Assembly: GCA_030149205.1 (NCBI GenBank)
Contig: JASBSB010000004.1
Coordinates: 90,001 to 122,000, forward strand
Direction: 5' to 3'
DNA length: 32,000 bases
DNA from: Candidatus Heimdallarchaeota archaeon
GTDB taxonomy: Archaea > Asgardarchaeota > Heimdallarchaeia > Heimdallarchaeales > Kariarchaeaceae
The position numbers and the translations under genes are program-made. Positions within the stretch are counted from its first letter, which is position 1; each line of letters opens with the position of its first letter. The notes under the pieces were generated by a model, which saw nothing but the letters and a program-made list of their open reading frames with translations, was not told the DNA's origin and ran no database searches. Shown piece after piece: positions 17,026 to 26,360 of this stretch.

Positions 17026-18804
17026 GTGTTTATAAAATCTGAATCAATACAGTTTGAGGAGACCTACTCAGACAAGGATTCAGAATCATTATTTATTGCA
17101 GAGTTACGTCTAACAGAAGTGATTAACTCGAATTATCTCAACAAATTTGCAACGTTTAATTATTATCAAGGGACGGATATAGTCAAGGAGATAATTCTTC
17201 ACCAGGAACTACAACACCTTCCAGATTCAATTGCTGAATTTAAATACCTCAAGTCATTGAAACTGGAGTTCCCTGTTGACAAGCTTTCAGAAAAATTAGC
17301 TGATCTCAACTATTTCGAGGAAATATATCTTTACAAACCTAGAATCGTTCCTATGGACAAGAACTATCGGTTACCCAAAAACATTAGTGATATCCCCCTG
17401 AAAATTTTAAATCTAAACGTTCCCAACCTGATAAATGGGTTTCATGGAGGAACCTTAGAAAAGTTAAAAATTTTGAAGCTTAATCAATTTAACCGGGTAA
17501 AGTTTGAAGATATAGATACAGAGTTTATTGAACCACTTAAAAGTTTGAAATCATTACATATTTTAGCAAACCGAAGTGTAGATGATAGAGAACAAGACTT
17601 AATTTCAATCTTTTCAGGTCTTTCAAATTTGGTAAACCTTCATCTTAATAAGATCGCGATTACAGAATCAGCATTTTCAGCTCTCCCTGAGAAATTAAAA
17701 GAGTTATCAATCAGCAATGCGAAGCTTTCCCTCAGAAACGGAGACCTAAGGAGGCTGAAGAAATTAAAGTCACTAAGATTGGACAAAACCAGGTTAAATA
17801 AACTTCCAGAAGAGTTTTTCTCTGGATTAAATCTGACTGTTTTAAATCTTTCAGAGAACTATTTTGAGCTATTGCCGGAATCTATATTTGATTTACAAAA
17901 TTTATTTTATCTGACCTTTCAGAAGAATCAAATCACAAAATTAACCTTCCAGATAAGTGAACTTTCTTATCTTCAATATCTGGACTTATCACATAATCAT
18001 TTATACAAATTACCCACAAAAAAGATCTTTCTCCCTAATTTAAAGTATTTGAATCTCTCTTACAATCATATTGCCAGATTTGATGAAGATAATTTTGATG
18101 TTCCTTCACTCGCTGTACTTAATCTTAGAAATAATATGATAAAATATATCAACTTTAATTTTAATTATAGTAATCTCAGGCAACTAAATCTCAGTGACAA
18201 CAATATTCATAACTTTGGTTCAGGTTTTAAGCATCTAAGCAACTTAGAGAAGCTGTATGCTACATGGAACAACATAGTTGTTTTCCCAGAGGAGATTTTC
18301 TATCCAAATTTGAAGGAGATTGATTTAAGCTATAACTATTTGAAAAAGTTCCCAATTGCATTAACAAAATCAGAAAAATTGCATACTTTGAGATTAGATT
18401 CAAATCATATTAAGGAATTTACAGATGAGCTATGTAATTTAAAGGGGTTAAAACATATTAATGCCTCTTACAATTATATTCGGAAGTTACCTAATTGCCT
18501 TTCAGGCTTTACAGAGTTAAAGACTCTGAACTTAAAGAATAATCAGTTGACTGGATTGCCGCTCTCCCTATTTGACCTAAAGAAGCTTGAAGTTTTGGAT
18601 CTGGAAATGAACCTTCTTAGAACCTTAGATTCAAAAATCAGCAACCTTGAAAGGTTGAATGTTGTTAATTTAAGTGATAACCTTTTAGAAACACTTCCCA
18701 AATCAATAACTGAATTGAAGAACTTAAATCTGATATATGTTGAGAATAATCCCTTAAGGTCTGTTCATGAATCTCTTAAAAAATTGCTCTCATCAAATTA
18801 TTGA
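17026..18804 (+). CDS. Leucine-rich repeat protein
   Basis: Roughly twenty LxxLxLxxN repeats, for example LQYLDLSHNHLYKLP and LEVLDLEMNLLRTLD. No TM segment or recognisable effector domain. Confidence 0.92.
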   Translation: MFIKSESIQFEETYSDKDSESLFIAELRLTEVINSNYLNKFATFNYYQGTDIVKEIILHQELQHLPDSIAEFKYLKSLKLEFPVDKLSEKLADLNYFEEIYLYKPRIVPMDKNYRLPKNISDIPLKILNLNVPNLINGFHGGTLEKLKILKLNQFNRVKFEDIDTEFIEPLKSLKSLHILANRSVDDREQDLISIFSGLSNLVNLHLNKIAITESAFSALPEKLKELSISNAKLSLRNGDLRRLKKLKSLRLDKTRLNKLPEEFFSGLNLTVLNLSENYFELLPESIFDLQNLFYLTFQKNQITKLTFQISELSYLQYLDLSHNHLYKLPTKKIFLPNLKYLNLSYNHIARFDEDNFDVPSLAVLNLRNNMIKYINFNFNYSNLRQLNLSDNNIHNFGSGFKHLSNLEKLYATWNNIVVFPEEIFYPNLKEIDLSYNYLKKFPIALTKSEKLHTLRLDSNHIKEFTDELCNLKGLKHINASYNYIRKLPNCLSGFTELKTLNLKNNQLTGLPLSLFDLKKLEVLDLEMNLLRTLDSKISNLERLNVVNLSDNLLETLPKSITELKNLNLIYVENNPLRSVHESLKKLLSSNY

Positions 18805-18856
18805 AGAAATACCTGAACTACAATAGAACCCTAAATAAAGAAATTTTTAGCAATCT

Positions 18857-18875
18857 TGTTAATGACACATTAACA
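18857..18875. promoter_or_regulatory. Candidate operator: perfect 8-3-8 inverted repeat TGTTAATG-aca-CATTAACA directly upstream of the TATA-like TTTATATT (18879-18886) of the metal ABC operon
   Basis: The palindrome is read directly from the sequence. The 19-bp size and position fit DtxR/MntR-family operators (inference). Confidence 0.6.
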
Positions 18876-18886
18876 GGGTTTATATT

Positions 18887-19906
18887 ATGTTAACAGGGGT
18901 GCGATTTGTGAAAAACTATTTATTGATGTCATTGATACTGGTGTTGCTCATCTCAAATGCATCCACTAGTTTTGCTCAGTCGTCTCAGATTTTGGTTGTT
19001 GGCACCACATCTGTAGTAACTGATATAGTTAGGAACATCTTACCCCAGAATTTTAAGGTAGAAAGCCTAATGGGGTTAGGACAGGATCCACATGAGTTTC
19101 AACCCACTCTTCGTAGTGCAGAGTTACTAAATCAAGCGTCAAATGTGGTTTATCTGGGAAACGGAATTGAAGAAACACTTTCAAATGCGTTAGCTGCCAA
19201 ATCTAGTCAAGGTAAGGCAATAGAAATGCTGCAAGGTGTTTCTAACTCTTCAAGGATATTTGAAGGCGGTGGATTAAATCCTCATTTTTGGATGGATCCA
19301 GTTATTATTTCCAAAGTGGTTGAATACATTGCTGGAAAATTTATAGAACTTTACCCACAGTTCAACTTATCAATTTCTACATTAAAGAAAAATTATATTA
19401 ACGACCTAAATGCAACAAATGCATTTTTACTTTCAGAATTTTCATCGATTGCGCAGTCTGAAAGGTATATTGTTACTCCTCATGACTCCCTGGTGTATTT
19501 TGGTCACAGATATAATTTCACAACCATCTCACTGGAGGGTTTTAGCACCCAAGCTCAGGTAGGACTAAATGAATTCACTGGGTTAGCGAAATTTATTAAG
19601 GAACATAAGATCAAAAGTATATTTTCAGAGACTACTCTTCCATATAATCGGGTTAAAGCCATACAGGAAGCAGTAATTAATCTAAATTGGTCGGTCTCAA
19701 TAGGGGGTTCATTATATGTTGGTTCATTGGGAGATTCTCAGGCTAAGTCTTACATTTCAATGTTAAAGTACGATGGCAATTTAATAACGACTGGATTGAC
19801 AAAACCTGTAACCATAAATCAAAATTTAGATCTATACCCTGTGGGGTACTTTCTGGTCAGTATACTTACATTAGTTTTATTCAGGAGGAAATATTATGCA
19901 AGATAA
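18887..19906 (+). CDS. troA: Mn/Zn/Fe ABC transporter substrate-binding protein (TroA/MntA family) with a C-terminal membrane anchor
   Basis: His ligand motifs are DPHEFQP, NPHFWMDP and TPHDSLVYFG. It has a signal peptide and a C-terminal TM plus RRK. The true start may be GTG 18908 or later. Confidence 0.88.
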   Translation: MLTGVRFVKNYLLMSLILVLLISNASTSFAQSSQILVVGTTSVVTDIVRNILPQNFKVESLMGLGQDPHEFQPTLRSAELLNQASNVVYLGNGIEETLSNALAAKSSQGKAIEMLQGVSNSSRIFEGGGLNPHFWMDPVIISKVVEYIAGKFIELYPQFNLSISTLKKNYINDLNATNAFLLSEFSSIAQSERYIVTPHDSLVYFGHRYNFTTISLEGFSTQAQVGLNEFTGLAKFIKEHKIKSIFSETTLPYNRVKAIQEAVINLNWSVSIGGSLYVGSLGDSQAKSYISMLKYDGNLITTGLTKPVTINQNLDLYPVGYFLVSILTLVLFRRKYYAR

Positions 19907-20711
19907 TCAAAAAATCATAAGCGATCAAGATATTAAAATACACAATCTAACTGTTGTATACCGAGGTATTCCGGTTTTATGGGAGATAAATAGTGTAATA
20001 AAGAAAGGGATGCTCACCGCAATTGTGGGTCCAAACGGAGCAGGTAAATCTACCCTGTTACAAACACTCTTAGGCCTTAAAAAACCTAGAACTGGTTCGA
20101 TTAAACTGGGAGATCAGAATTTAATTAAAATGAAGGATAAAGGTAAATACATTTCTTACGTCCCTCAAAGAGAATCTATTGATTGGGATTTTCCAATTTC
20201 ATGTATTGATGTTGTCAAGATGCCATTAACAGCAAAACTCAGTGGATTTAAAAGAACTCCAAAAGAGTATGATGATCTGGCATTAGAGTATCTTGAGAAA
20301 TTTGAGATGGCTCTGTTTAAAGATAGACAAATTGGTAAGCTTTCTGGAGGACAAAGACAGAGGATCTTCTTAGCACGGTCACTGATACAAAATACGGAGT
20401 ATCTAATATTAGATGAACCTTTTGGAGGAATAGATGCAAAAACCGAAAGAATGACTTTGGAATTACTTACAGAGTTAAAAGAGAAAGGTAAGACAATAGT
20501 GGTTGTCACACACGATTTGAGTTCCATATCTAAATACTTTGATGAAGTGATTTTGCTGAATACACAAGTTGTGGCTCAAGGAAAACCAGAGGCTGTCCTT
20601 ACAAAGGAAAATCTTAAGGTCGCCTATGGAAGTTTTCTACATCTTCAGACTGAGATGAAAAACGAAAGCAATGATCATCATCCCAGTCATCATTCGGAGG
20701 GAAGTCACTGA
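19896..20711 (+). CDS. troB: Metal ABC transporter ATP-binding protein
   Basis: Walker A GPNGAGKS, signature LSGGQRQR, Walker B LILDEP, H-loop VTHD and YVPQRESIDWDFP. Confidence 0.92.
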   Translation: MQDNQKIISDQDIKIHNLTVVYRGIPVLWEINSVIKKGMLTAIVGPNGAGKSTLLQTLLGLKKPRTGSIKLGDQNLIKMKDKGKYISYVPQRESIDWDFPISCIDVVKMPLTAKLSGFKRTPKEYDDLALEYLEKFEMALFKDRQIGKLSGGQRQRIFLARSLIQNTEYLILDEPFGGIDAKTERMTLELLTELKEKGKTIVVVTHDLSSISKYFDEVILLNTQVVAQGKPEAVLTKENLKVAYGSFLHLQTEMKNESNDHHPSHHSEGSH

Positions 20712-21850
20712 TGGTGAGTTGGTTAATATCAGTGCTTAACACCTTAGGTATATCATTTACTCTAGCAGTAATTCTTACAGGAACAATATTAATAAGTGCC
20801 ACGGCAGGTTTTTTGAGTAATTTTTTGGTTATTCAGAAACAAAGTGTTTTAGGTGATGCATTGGCACATTCTTCATTACCGGGGGTTGTTCTTGCCTTTC
20901 TTTTATTTCAGACTAAGGATATCTTTACTCTTATGGTCTTTGCCCTGGTTTTCGGTTTGTTAAGTTCAATATTAATCAATGTGATTACAGATGTAACTCC
21001 ATTAAAAGGAGATGCTGCTATAGCCATCTCCCTCTCATTCTTTTTTTCAATCGGAGTTACTTTGTTTTCTTATGTCCAACAGCTTCAAATCGCGTCTCAG
21101 GCAGGGCTAAGTGAATTTATTTTTGGAAGTCTCACCTATCTCACTTATTCGGATCTGATTCAATACTTAGGGTACTTCATTCTCATTCTTTTCATACTGT
21201 TCGTCTACAAGCAGCAGTTTAAGACAGTATTGTTTGACCGAGAACTTTCTAAAATATTAGGCTTGAACATCCTTTGGTTTGATTTTTTAAGCTATTTTAT
21301 TATCACATTAACAGTGATACTTGGCCTACAGTTGATAGGAATTGTTTTGATTGCTGGTTTGCTTGTTATCCCAAGTATAGGTGCAAGAAGATGGACTGAC
21401 AACTATTCTAAGTTATTTTTTATTTCTAGTCTTCTAAGTGTAATAGCCGGAGTTACAGGTGTGTTAATTAGCGTGGTTTACAGAGGTGTTCCACCTGGCC
21501 CAATAATTATTTTAAGCCTAACCATTCTAACTATCATCTCAATCATCTTTGGTACAAGAAATGGCTTGCTAACTGACTATCTCCATGTAAATCTATTCCA
21601 TAGAAGAATGAATCATGATGAGAAGTTAACCCTCTTGATCAATTCCTTAAAGCCCGAAATCCAAAAGTCTGGTCTAAAGGTTTTCGAGTTCAACAAGGGA
21701 GATTTTCCCGAAATAACAGACGAATTGCTAGAGGCCCTTTCTGATTGTGGTTATTGCAAGATGGTATCACCCGAAAAATGTGTGTTAACCTATGATGGGG
21801 TTAAAAAAACACAAACCTTGATCACTAAAGGAGAGTTGACTAATGATTAA
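20711..21850 (+). CDS. troC: Metal ABC transporter permease with a C-terminal winged-helix-like extension
   Basis: ABC-3 motifs GDALAHSSLPG, FIFGS and LFDRELS. There is an extra soluble tail of about 90 aa. Confidence 0.88.
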   Translation: MVSWLISVLNTLGISFTLAVILTGTILISATAGFLSNFLVIQKQSVLGDALAHSSLPGVVLAFLLFQTKDIFTLMVFALVFGLLSSILINVITDVTPLKGDAAIAISLSFFFSIGVTLFSYVQQLQIASQAGLSEFIFGSLTYLTYSDLIQYLGYFILILFILFVYKQQFKTVLFDRELSKILGLNILWFDFLSYFIITLTVILGLQLIGIVLIAGLLVIPSIGARRWTDNYSKLFFISSLLSVIAGVTGVLISVVYRGVPPGPIIILSLTILTIISIIFGTRNGLLTDYLHVNLFHRRMNHDEKLTLLINSLKPEIQKSGLKVFEFNKGDFPEITDELLEALSDCGYCKMVSPEKCVLTYDGVKKTQTLITKGELTND

Positions 21851-22715
21851 TGTTTTGTTGGACATCTTCATATTGCTCGTCTTGGTAGCCATCACAAATT
21901 CTCTACTTGGAGGGATACTCTTACTCAGGGGAAATACTTTGATAACTTTTGCATTAGCACATTCCATTGTTTTTGGTTTAATTGCGACCTTCATAATAAC
22001 GGGATCAGACAACATATTGGTCTTATTTTTTGGAGCTATGATTTCAGGAGTATTAGTCGCATTACTGGTTGAGTTATTTGATCAGGTCGAATTAATTAAT
22101 GTAGATGCTGCTCTCGGAATAACCTATCTCTCAATATTTTCTCTTGGACTTATTCTGTATTCACTATATGGGGCTCATCAGTTGTTTAGTCCAAACTCAA
22201 TAGTAACAGGGAGCATAGTTTTGACACCTTTTAACAGGCTAGTGTTAAATGGCATAGATATCGGTCCTGTTTTGACTTGGGTTCTCCTTCCCGTATCAAT
22301 ACTTACTTTGATATTTTATTTAAATTTCAGGAGGAAAATAGAAATAAGCATGTTTGATCCAACTTTAAGTAAGTTAATGGGAATCTCAGCATTCCAGATT
22401 AACCTAATGGTAACAACATTGGTCAGCCTTGCAACAGTAATCACCTTCAAGGTTGCAGGGATTATTGTGGTTGTTGCGTTTTTTGTCATCCCTGGTGCTG
22501 TAGCTTATTTGTTTTCAAATAACTTTTCAAGAATTTTAATATCTGCAGTGTTTATAGCAGTTTTATCAACTTTAATTGGACTGATTTTTATCTCAAATTA
22601 CACTACCGTGGAACCTGCAAGTATAAACGCAATTATTCTTGGTGTGATTTTTATATTTGCACTGTTTGTTTCCCCGAAAAGTAAATATTCAGATATTTGG
22701 AGAGAGACAAATTGA
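21843..22715 (+). CDS. troD: Metal ABC transporter permease (second subunit)
   Basis: ALAHSIVFG, SMFDPTLS and FFVIPGAVA. The start overlaps the previous gene. Confidence 0.88.
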   Translation: MINVLLDIFILLVLVAITNSLLGGILLLRGNTLITFALAHSIVFGLIATFIITGSDNILVLFFGAMISGVLVALLVELFDQVELINVDAALGITYLSIFSLGLILYSLYGAHQLFSPNSIVTGSIVLTPFNRLVLNGIDIGPVLTWVLLPVSILTLIFYLNFRRKIEISMFDPTLSKLMGISAFQINLMVTTLVSLATVITFKVAGIIVVVAFFVIPGAVAYLFSNNFSRILISAVFIAVLSTLIGLIFISNYTTVEPASINAIILGVIFIFALFVSPKSKYSDIWRETN

Positions 22716-23164
22716 ATAAACCAATTTATTCATTGGATCTTACAAGATCTGAAAAGGAGATTTTTCTTTTTCTCATCTCATCTAATTATCATTCAAAAAA
22801 CTACCTACTTACTTCAAAACATATTGGGGATCAGTTAAATGTCACACGACCACGTGCACACAATATTCTCAAGGGATTAGAGGTAAAATCCATCGTAAAA
22901 AATATCGAGCGAAAGGGTTTTGTCTTGACAAATCATGGAATTGCAGTACTTGAGGAATTCATTCATCGTTTAAAGATTTTTGAGATGTATCTGATCAGGG
23001 TTTTAGAGATTGATGTTCAAACTGCGCAACAAGATTCTATTGCTGCAGGAATGTATCTTAGTCATGATACCATTGACAGGATGTGTGATTTGTTAGAACG
23101 TCCGAAAACGTGTATTCATTCCATCTCTATTCCACATCACATACGAATTGAAACTAGTCCATAA
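22697..23164 (+). CDS. troR: DtxR/MntR-family metal-dependent transcriptional regulator
   Basis: It has an N-terminal wHTH (LNVTRPRAHNILKGL...FVLTNHG), HRLKIFEMYL and a C-terminal RPKTCIH. It is last in the troABCD order. Confidence 0.8.
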   Translation: MERDKLNKPIYSLDLTRSEKEIFLFLISSNYHSKNYLLTSKHIGDQLNVTRPRAHNILKGLEVKSIVKNIERKGFVLTNHGIAVLEEFIHRLKIFEMYLIRVLEIDVQTAQQDSIAAGMYLSHDTIDRMCDLLERPKTCIHSISIPHHIRIETSP

Positions 23165-23194
23165 TGTTTATTTTTTCAAAGTTAACTCATTATT

Positions 23195-24127
23195 ATGGAA
23201 TTTCCTGAGGAGTTAATGTTTCATGTTAAACCTACTAACCAGCGGCTTAGAACAAAAGGATATCCTCTTGTTCAAATTCAGTCTGAGGTCATCAAAGAAT
23301 TAGGCTTAACTGAGAATCAGCTAGTGGTGATAGAGTATAAGGGTTCAAAGGTTTTAGGAAAAACACAGATTAATGATCAAATAGAAGAGAGAGATCAATG
23401 CTTATTAGACTTTACTCTTCGTGCTCAGCTTGGAATGCCAAAGTTACCCTCATCCAATAATGATTATGGGATTATTAAAATTGGTAAAATACAAAAATCC
23501 AGGGTTAAAATTAGTTTGCGGTCTGTCACTGTGTATCTAATTAGGCTCATTACTTTTTATTCACTCTACACAAAACTAGCACCACTAGATACACGAACAG
23601 TTCAATTAAAAATTTCAAGACCATCACCACAAGATGTGGAAAAAAATGTTGCAGTGCTACGGAAGGAATATCTTGACCTACTTGGTTTAGAAATTGGTCA
23701 ATTCATAACAATTACCGCCCCAATCCTTACAACTTCAGGGTATAAACTATCAGAAATTAGCATTCGAACATTTGGAGGAATCAAGGAGAAATTTTCACCT
23801 GATGATGAGATGAGTGAGGATTATCCAGAGATTAATCGAATATATTTGGATAAGAACAACAGAAACGAATTAAAAATTCAAGAGAGGTTATCTGAAGAAC
23901 AATGGCCAATTGTGATGATCAAACCTTCGATATTCAATTTGTTTATTGATAGATCCTTGCTTTATGCAATTACCTTTTTTTTGATGATTAGTCAATTTAT
24001 TAATCTCATTAAATTTCTCCCCTTTAATCTTTCAAACGACTTAATATTACTTCTGGCTTTATTTCTCTCAACATGGTTTATTTCACTTCTAATCTATCTA
24101 AACATCAAATCAAAGATTCAGTTTTAA
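23195..24127 (+). CDS. Protein with two CDC48-N-like double-psi beta-barrel domains and two C-terminal TM helices
   Basis: Two repeats fit the pattern: VQIQSEVIKELGLTENQLVVI...CLLDFTLRAQLG and DVEKNVAVLRKEYLDLLGLEIGQFITI...IYLDKNNRNELKI. The C-terminus is hydrophobic. Confidence 0.65.
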   Translation: MEFPEELMFHVKPTNQRLRTKGYPLVQIQSEVIKELGLTENQLVVIEYKGSKVLGKTQINDQIEERDQCLLDFTLRAQLGMPKLPSSNNDYGIIKIGKIQKSRVKISLRSVTVYLIRLITFYSLYTKLAPLDTRTVQLKISRPSPQDVEKNVAVLRKEYLDLLGLEIGQFITITAPILTTSGYKLSEISIRTFGGIKEKFSPDDEMSEDYPEINRIYLDKNNRNELKIQERLSEEQWPIVMIKPSIFNLFIDRSLLYAITFFLMISQFINLIKFLPFNLSNDLILLLALFLSTWFISLLIYLNIKSKIQF

Positions 24128-24165
24128 GCAGATATGTTTATTACGATCATATCAATTTTTGACAC

Positions 24166-26271
24166 ATGAGTGACAGTAATTCTCATGAGGATCATAAATC
24201 TCATACTAACCATGAAATGAAAATGGGATCTAAGGGGTCAGATAGTGCAACCCATCATAGCGATAAAGAACATTCCAACCATGAAAGTATGCAGCATAAG
24301 GGTCACAGCAACCACCATAAAATGATGGTTGAAGATTTCAAAACAAGGTTCATAAGAGCTGGCCTTGCATCAGTCTTTGTCATAGTTCTCTCACCCACGG
24401 TTCAAGAGTTTTTTAAATTCAACCTAAAGTTTCCTTTTGTTGAGTGGGTGTTATTGATACTTTCAACTTACATCTACTTTTATGGTGGTAAACCATTCTT
24501 TATTGGTTCAAGAGATGAATTAAAAAAACTCCTTCCAGGTATGATGACTCTGGTAGCCTTTGCGATTTCAGTGGCCTATATTTACAGTGTATCTCTAATT
24601 TTGTTTAGTAACTTCATACAGGGAAAGTCATTCTTCTGGGAATTGGTTACCTTAATTGATGTAATGCTGTTTGGACATTGGATTGAGATGAAATCTGTTT
24701 TAGGAGCATCTGAAGCTTTAGAAAAACTTGCCGCCTTAATGCCATCAGAAGCACATCTTGTAGAGAGTGATGGGACTATTAGAGAAGTTCCGTTAACCAA
24801 ATTACAAAAGGGGGATTTTGTCTTAGTAAAACCAGGGGAAAAGGTACCATCTGATGGAGTTGTTATTGAAGGATCATCTTCGGTTAATGAATCTTTTCTA
24901 ACCGGTGAATCTTTACCTGTAGAGAAATCGGTAAATTCTGAGGTTATAGGTGGTTCAGTTAATGGATCTGGTTCAATCAAGGTTAAAGTTACTAAAACAG
25001 GAGAGGAAACATATCTCTCTCAAGTAATAGAACTTGTAAATCAAGCACAGAGTACCCGATCAAAAGCTCAGGATTTGGCAAATCGTGCTGCTTTTTATCT
25101 GACTATCATTGCGATTCTAAGCGGTCTAGGGACACTATTTTATTGGTCTGTTTTCACTTCATTAGGGCTGGCTTTTGCCCTCCAAAGAATGGTAACAGTG
25201 GTAGTAATTGCTTGTCCTCATGCTTTAGGGTTAGCGGTTCCTCTTGTTGTTTCTGTATCAACCTCAATTTCTGCAAAAAATGGTCTCCTGATAAGAAATA
25301 GGACTTCATTCGAAAGAGCTAAAAATTTAAAGGCAATTATTTTTGATAAAACTGGGACTTTAACCAAAGGAAATTTTGGAGTGACCGATATAATCAGCTA
25401 TGATGATTCATTGACTGAAATTGATGTTGTACAAATAATGGCATCCATAGAGCAAAATTCCGAGCATCCAATTGCAAGTGGGATAGTGAATTTTGCAAAA
25501 ATTGAACGAATTCAGACGAAAGCTATTACAGAATTTTCTGCTATTCCAGGTAAAGGTGTTTCTGCAAAGATTGATGGCTTACAGTATTTTATTGTCTCTC
25601 CCAATCATTTGAAGGGACTTAGTTTAGAGTTTGATGAGGCTCGATATCAACAGGTCTCTGAACAAGGGAAGACGGTTGTATTTCTTATAACTGAAAATAA
25701 AGTATTGGCAGCAATTGCTTTAGCTGACCAAATTAGAGAGGAATCAAAAGAAGCAATTTTGCAACTGAAACAACTGGGGATAAGACCAATAATGCTTACA
25801 GGTGACAATCAAAAGGTCGCAAAATGGGTAAGCAATGAACTGGGTATTGAAGAGTATTTTGCTGAGGTTCTTCCCCATGAAAAAGCAGAAGTTGTCAGAA
25901 AGGTTCAAAATAACGGAAATATATTAGTAGGGATGGTAGGAGACGGAATTAATGATGCTCCAGCGTTGGTTCAAGCGGATCTTGGTATAGCAATAGGTGC
26001 GGGAACAGATGTGGCTATAGAATCAGCGGATGTTGTTCTGGTTAGAGATGATCCACGTGATATACTAACAATTTTGAAATTATCTAAAAGCACATACCAA
26101 AAAATGAGAGAAAATTTAGCATGGGCCACAGGGTATAATGTGTTCGCACTTCCGTTAGCTGCAGGTATACTTTATTCATTTGGTTTTCTATTATCTCCAG
26201 CAATTGGAGCTTTGCTTATGTCTTTGAGTACGGTAATCGTAGCTATAAACGCTAAATTCTTGTCAATTTGA
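24166..26271 (+). CDS. copB: Copper-translocating P1B-type ATPase (CopB subclass)
   Basis: His-rich N-terminus without Cxx[28 protein letters not shown], and YN and MSLS in the last helices. Confidence 0.95.
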   Translation: MSDSNSHEDHKSHTNHEMKMGSKGSDSATHHSDKEHSNHESMQHKGHSNHHKMMVEDFKTRFIRAGLASVFVIVLSPTVQEFFKFNLKFPFVEWVLLILSTYIYFYGGKPFFIGSRDELKKLLPGMMTLVAFAISVAYIYSVSLILFSNFIQGKSFFWELVTLIDVMLFGHWIEMKSVLGASEALEKLAALMPSEAHLVESDGTIREVPLTKLQKGDFVLVKPGEKVPSDGVVIEGSSSVNESFLTGESLPVEKSVNSEVIGGSVNGSGSIKVKVTKTGEETYLSQVIELVNQAQSTRSKAQDLANRAAFYLTIIAILSGLGTLFYWSVFTSLGLAFALQRMVTVVVIACPHALGLAVPLVVSVSTSISAKNGLLIRNRTSFERAKNLKAIIFDKTGTLTKGNFGVTDIISYDDSLTEIDVVQIMASIEQNSEHPIASGIVNFAKIERIQTKAITEFSAIPGKGVSAKIDGLQYFIVSPNHLKGLSLEFDEARYQQVSEQGKTVVFLITENKVLAAIALADQIREESKEAILQLKQLGIRPIMLTGDNQKVAKWVSNELGIEEYFAEVLPHEKAEVVRKVQNNGNILVGMVGDGINDAPALVQADLGIAIGAGTDVAIESADVVLVRDDPRDILTILKLSKSTYQKMRENLAWATGYNVFALPLAAGILYSFGFLLSPAIGALLMSLSTVIVAINAKFLSI

Positions 26272-26360
26272 ATAGTTTTCAAACGATATTGCAACGTAAA
26301 TTCCCCAATTATAATCTTTTAAACGAAGATTTTATTAAGTTTTGAATTGCACTTTCGAAT

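Noticed and set aside
24131-24153. GATATG-N11-CATATC upstream of copB as a copper-regulator operator
   Set aside because: The arms are only 6 bp in AT-rich DNA and no copper regulator gene is adjacent. It is too weak to call.
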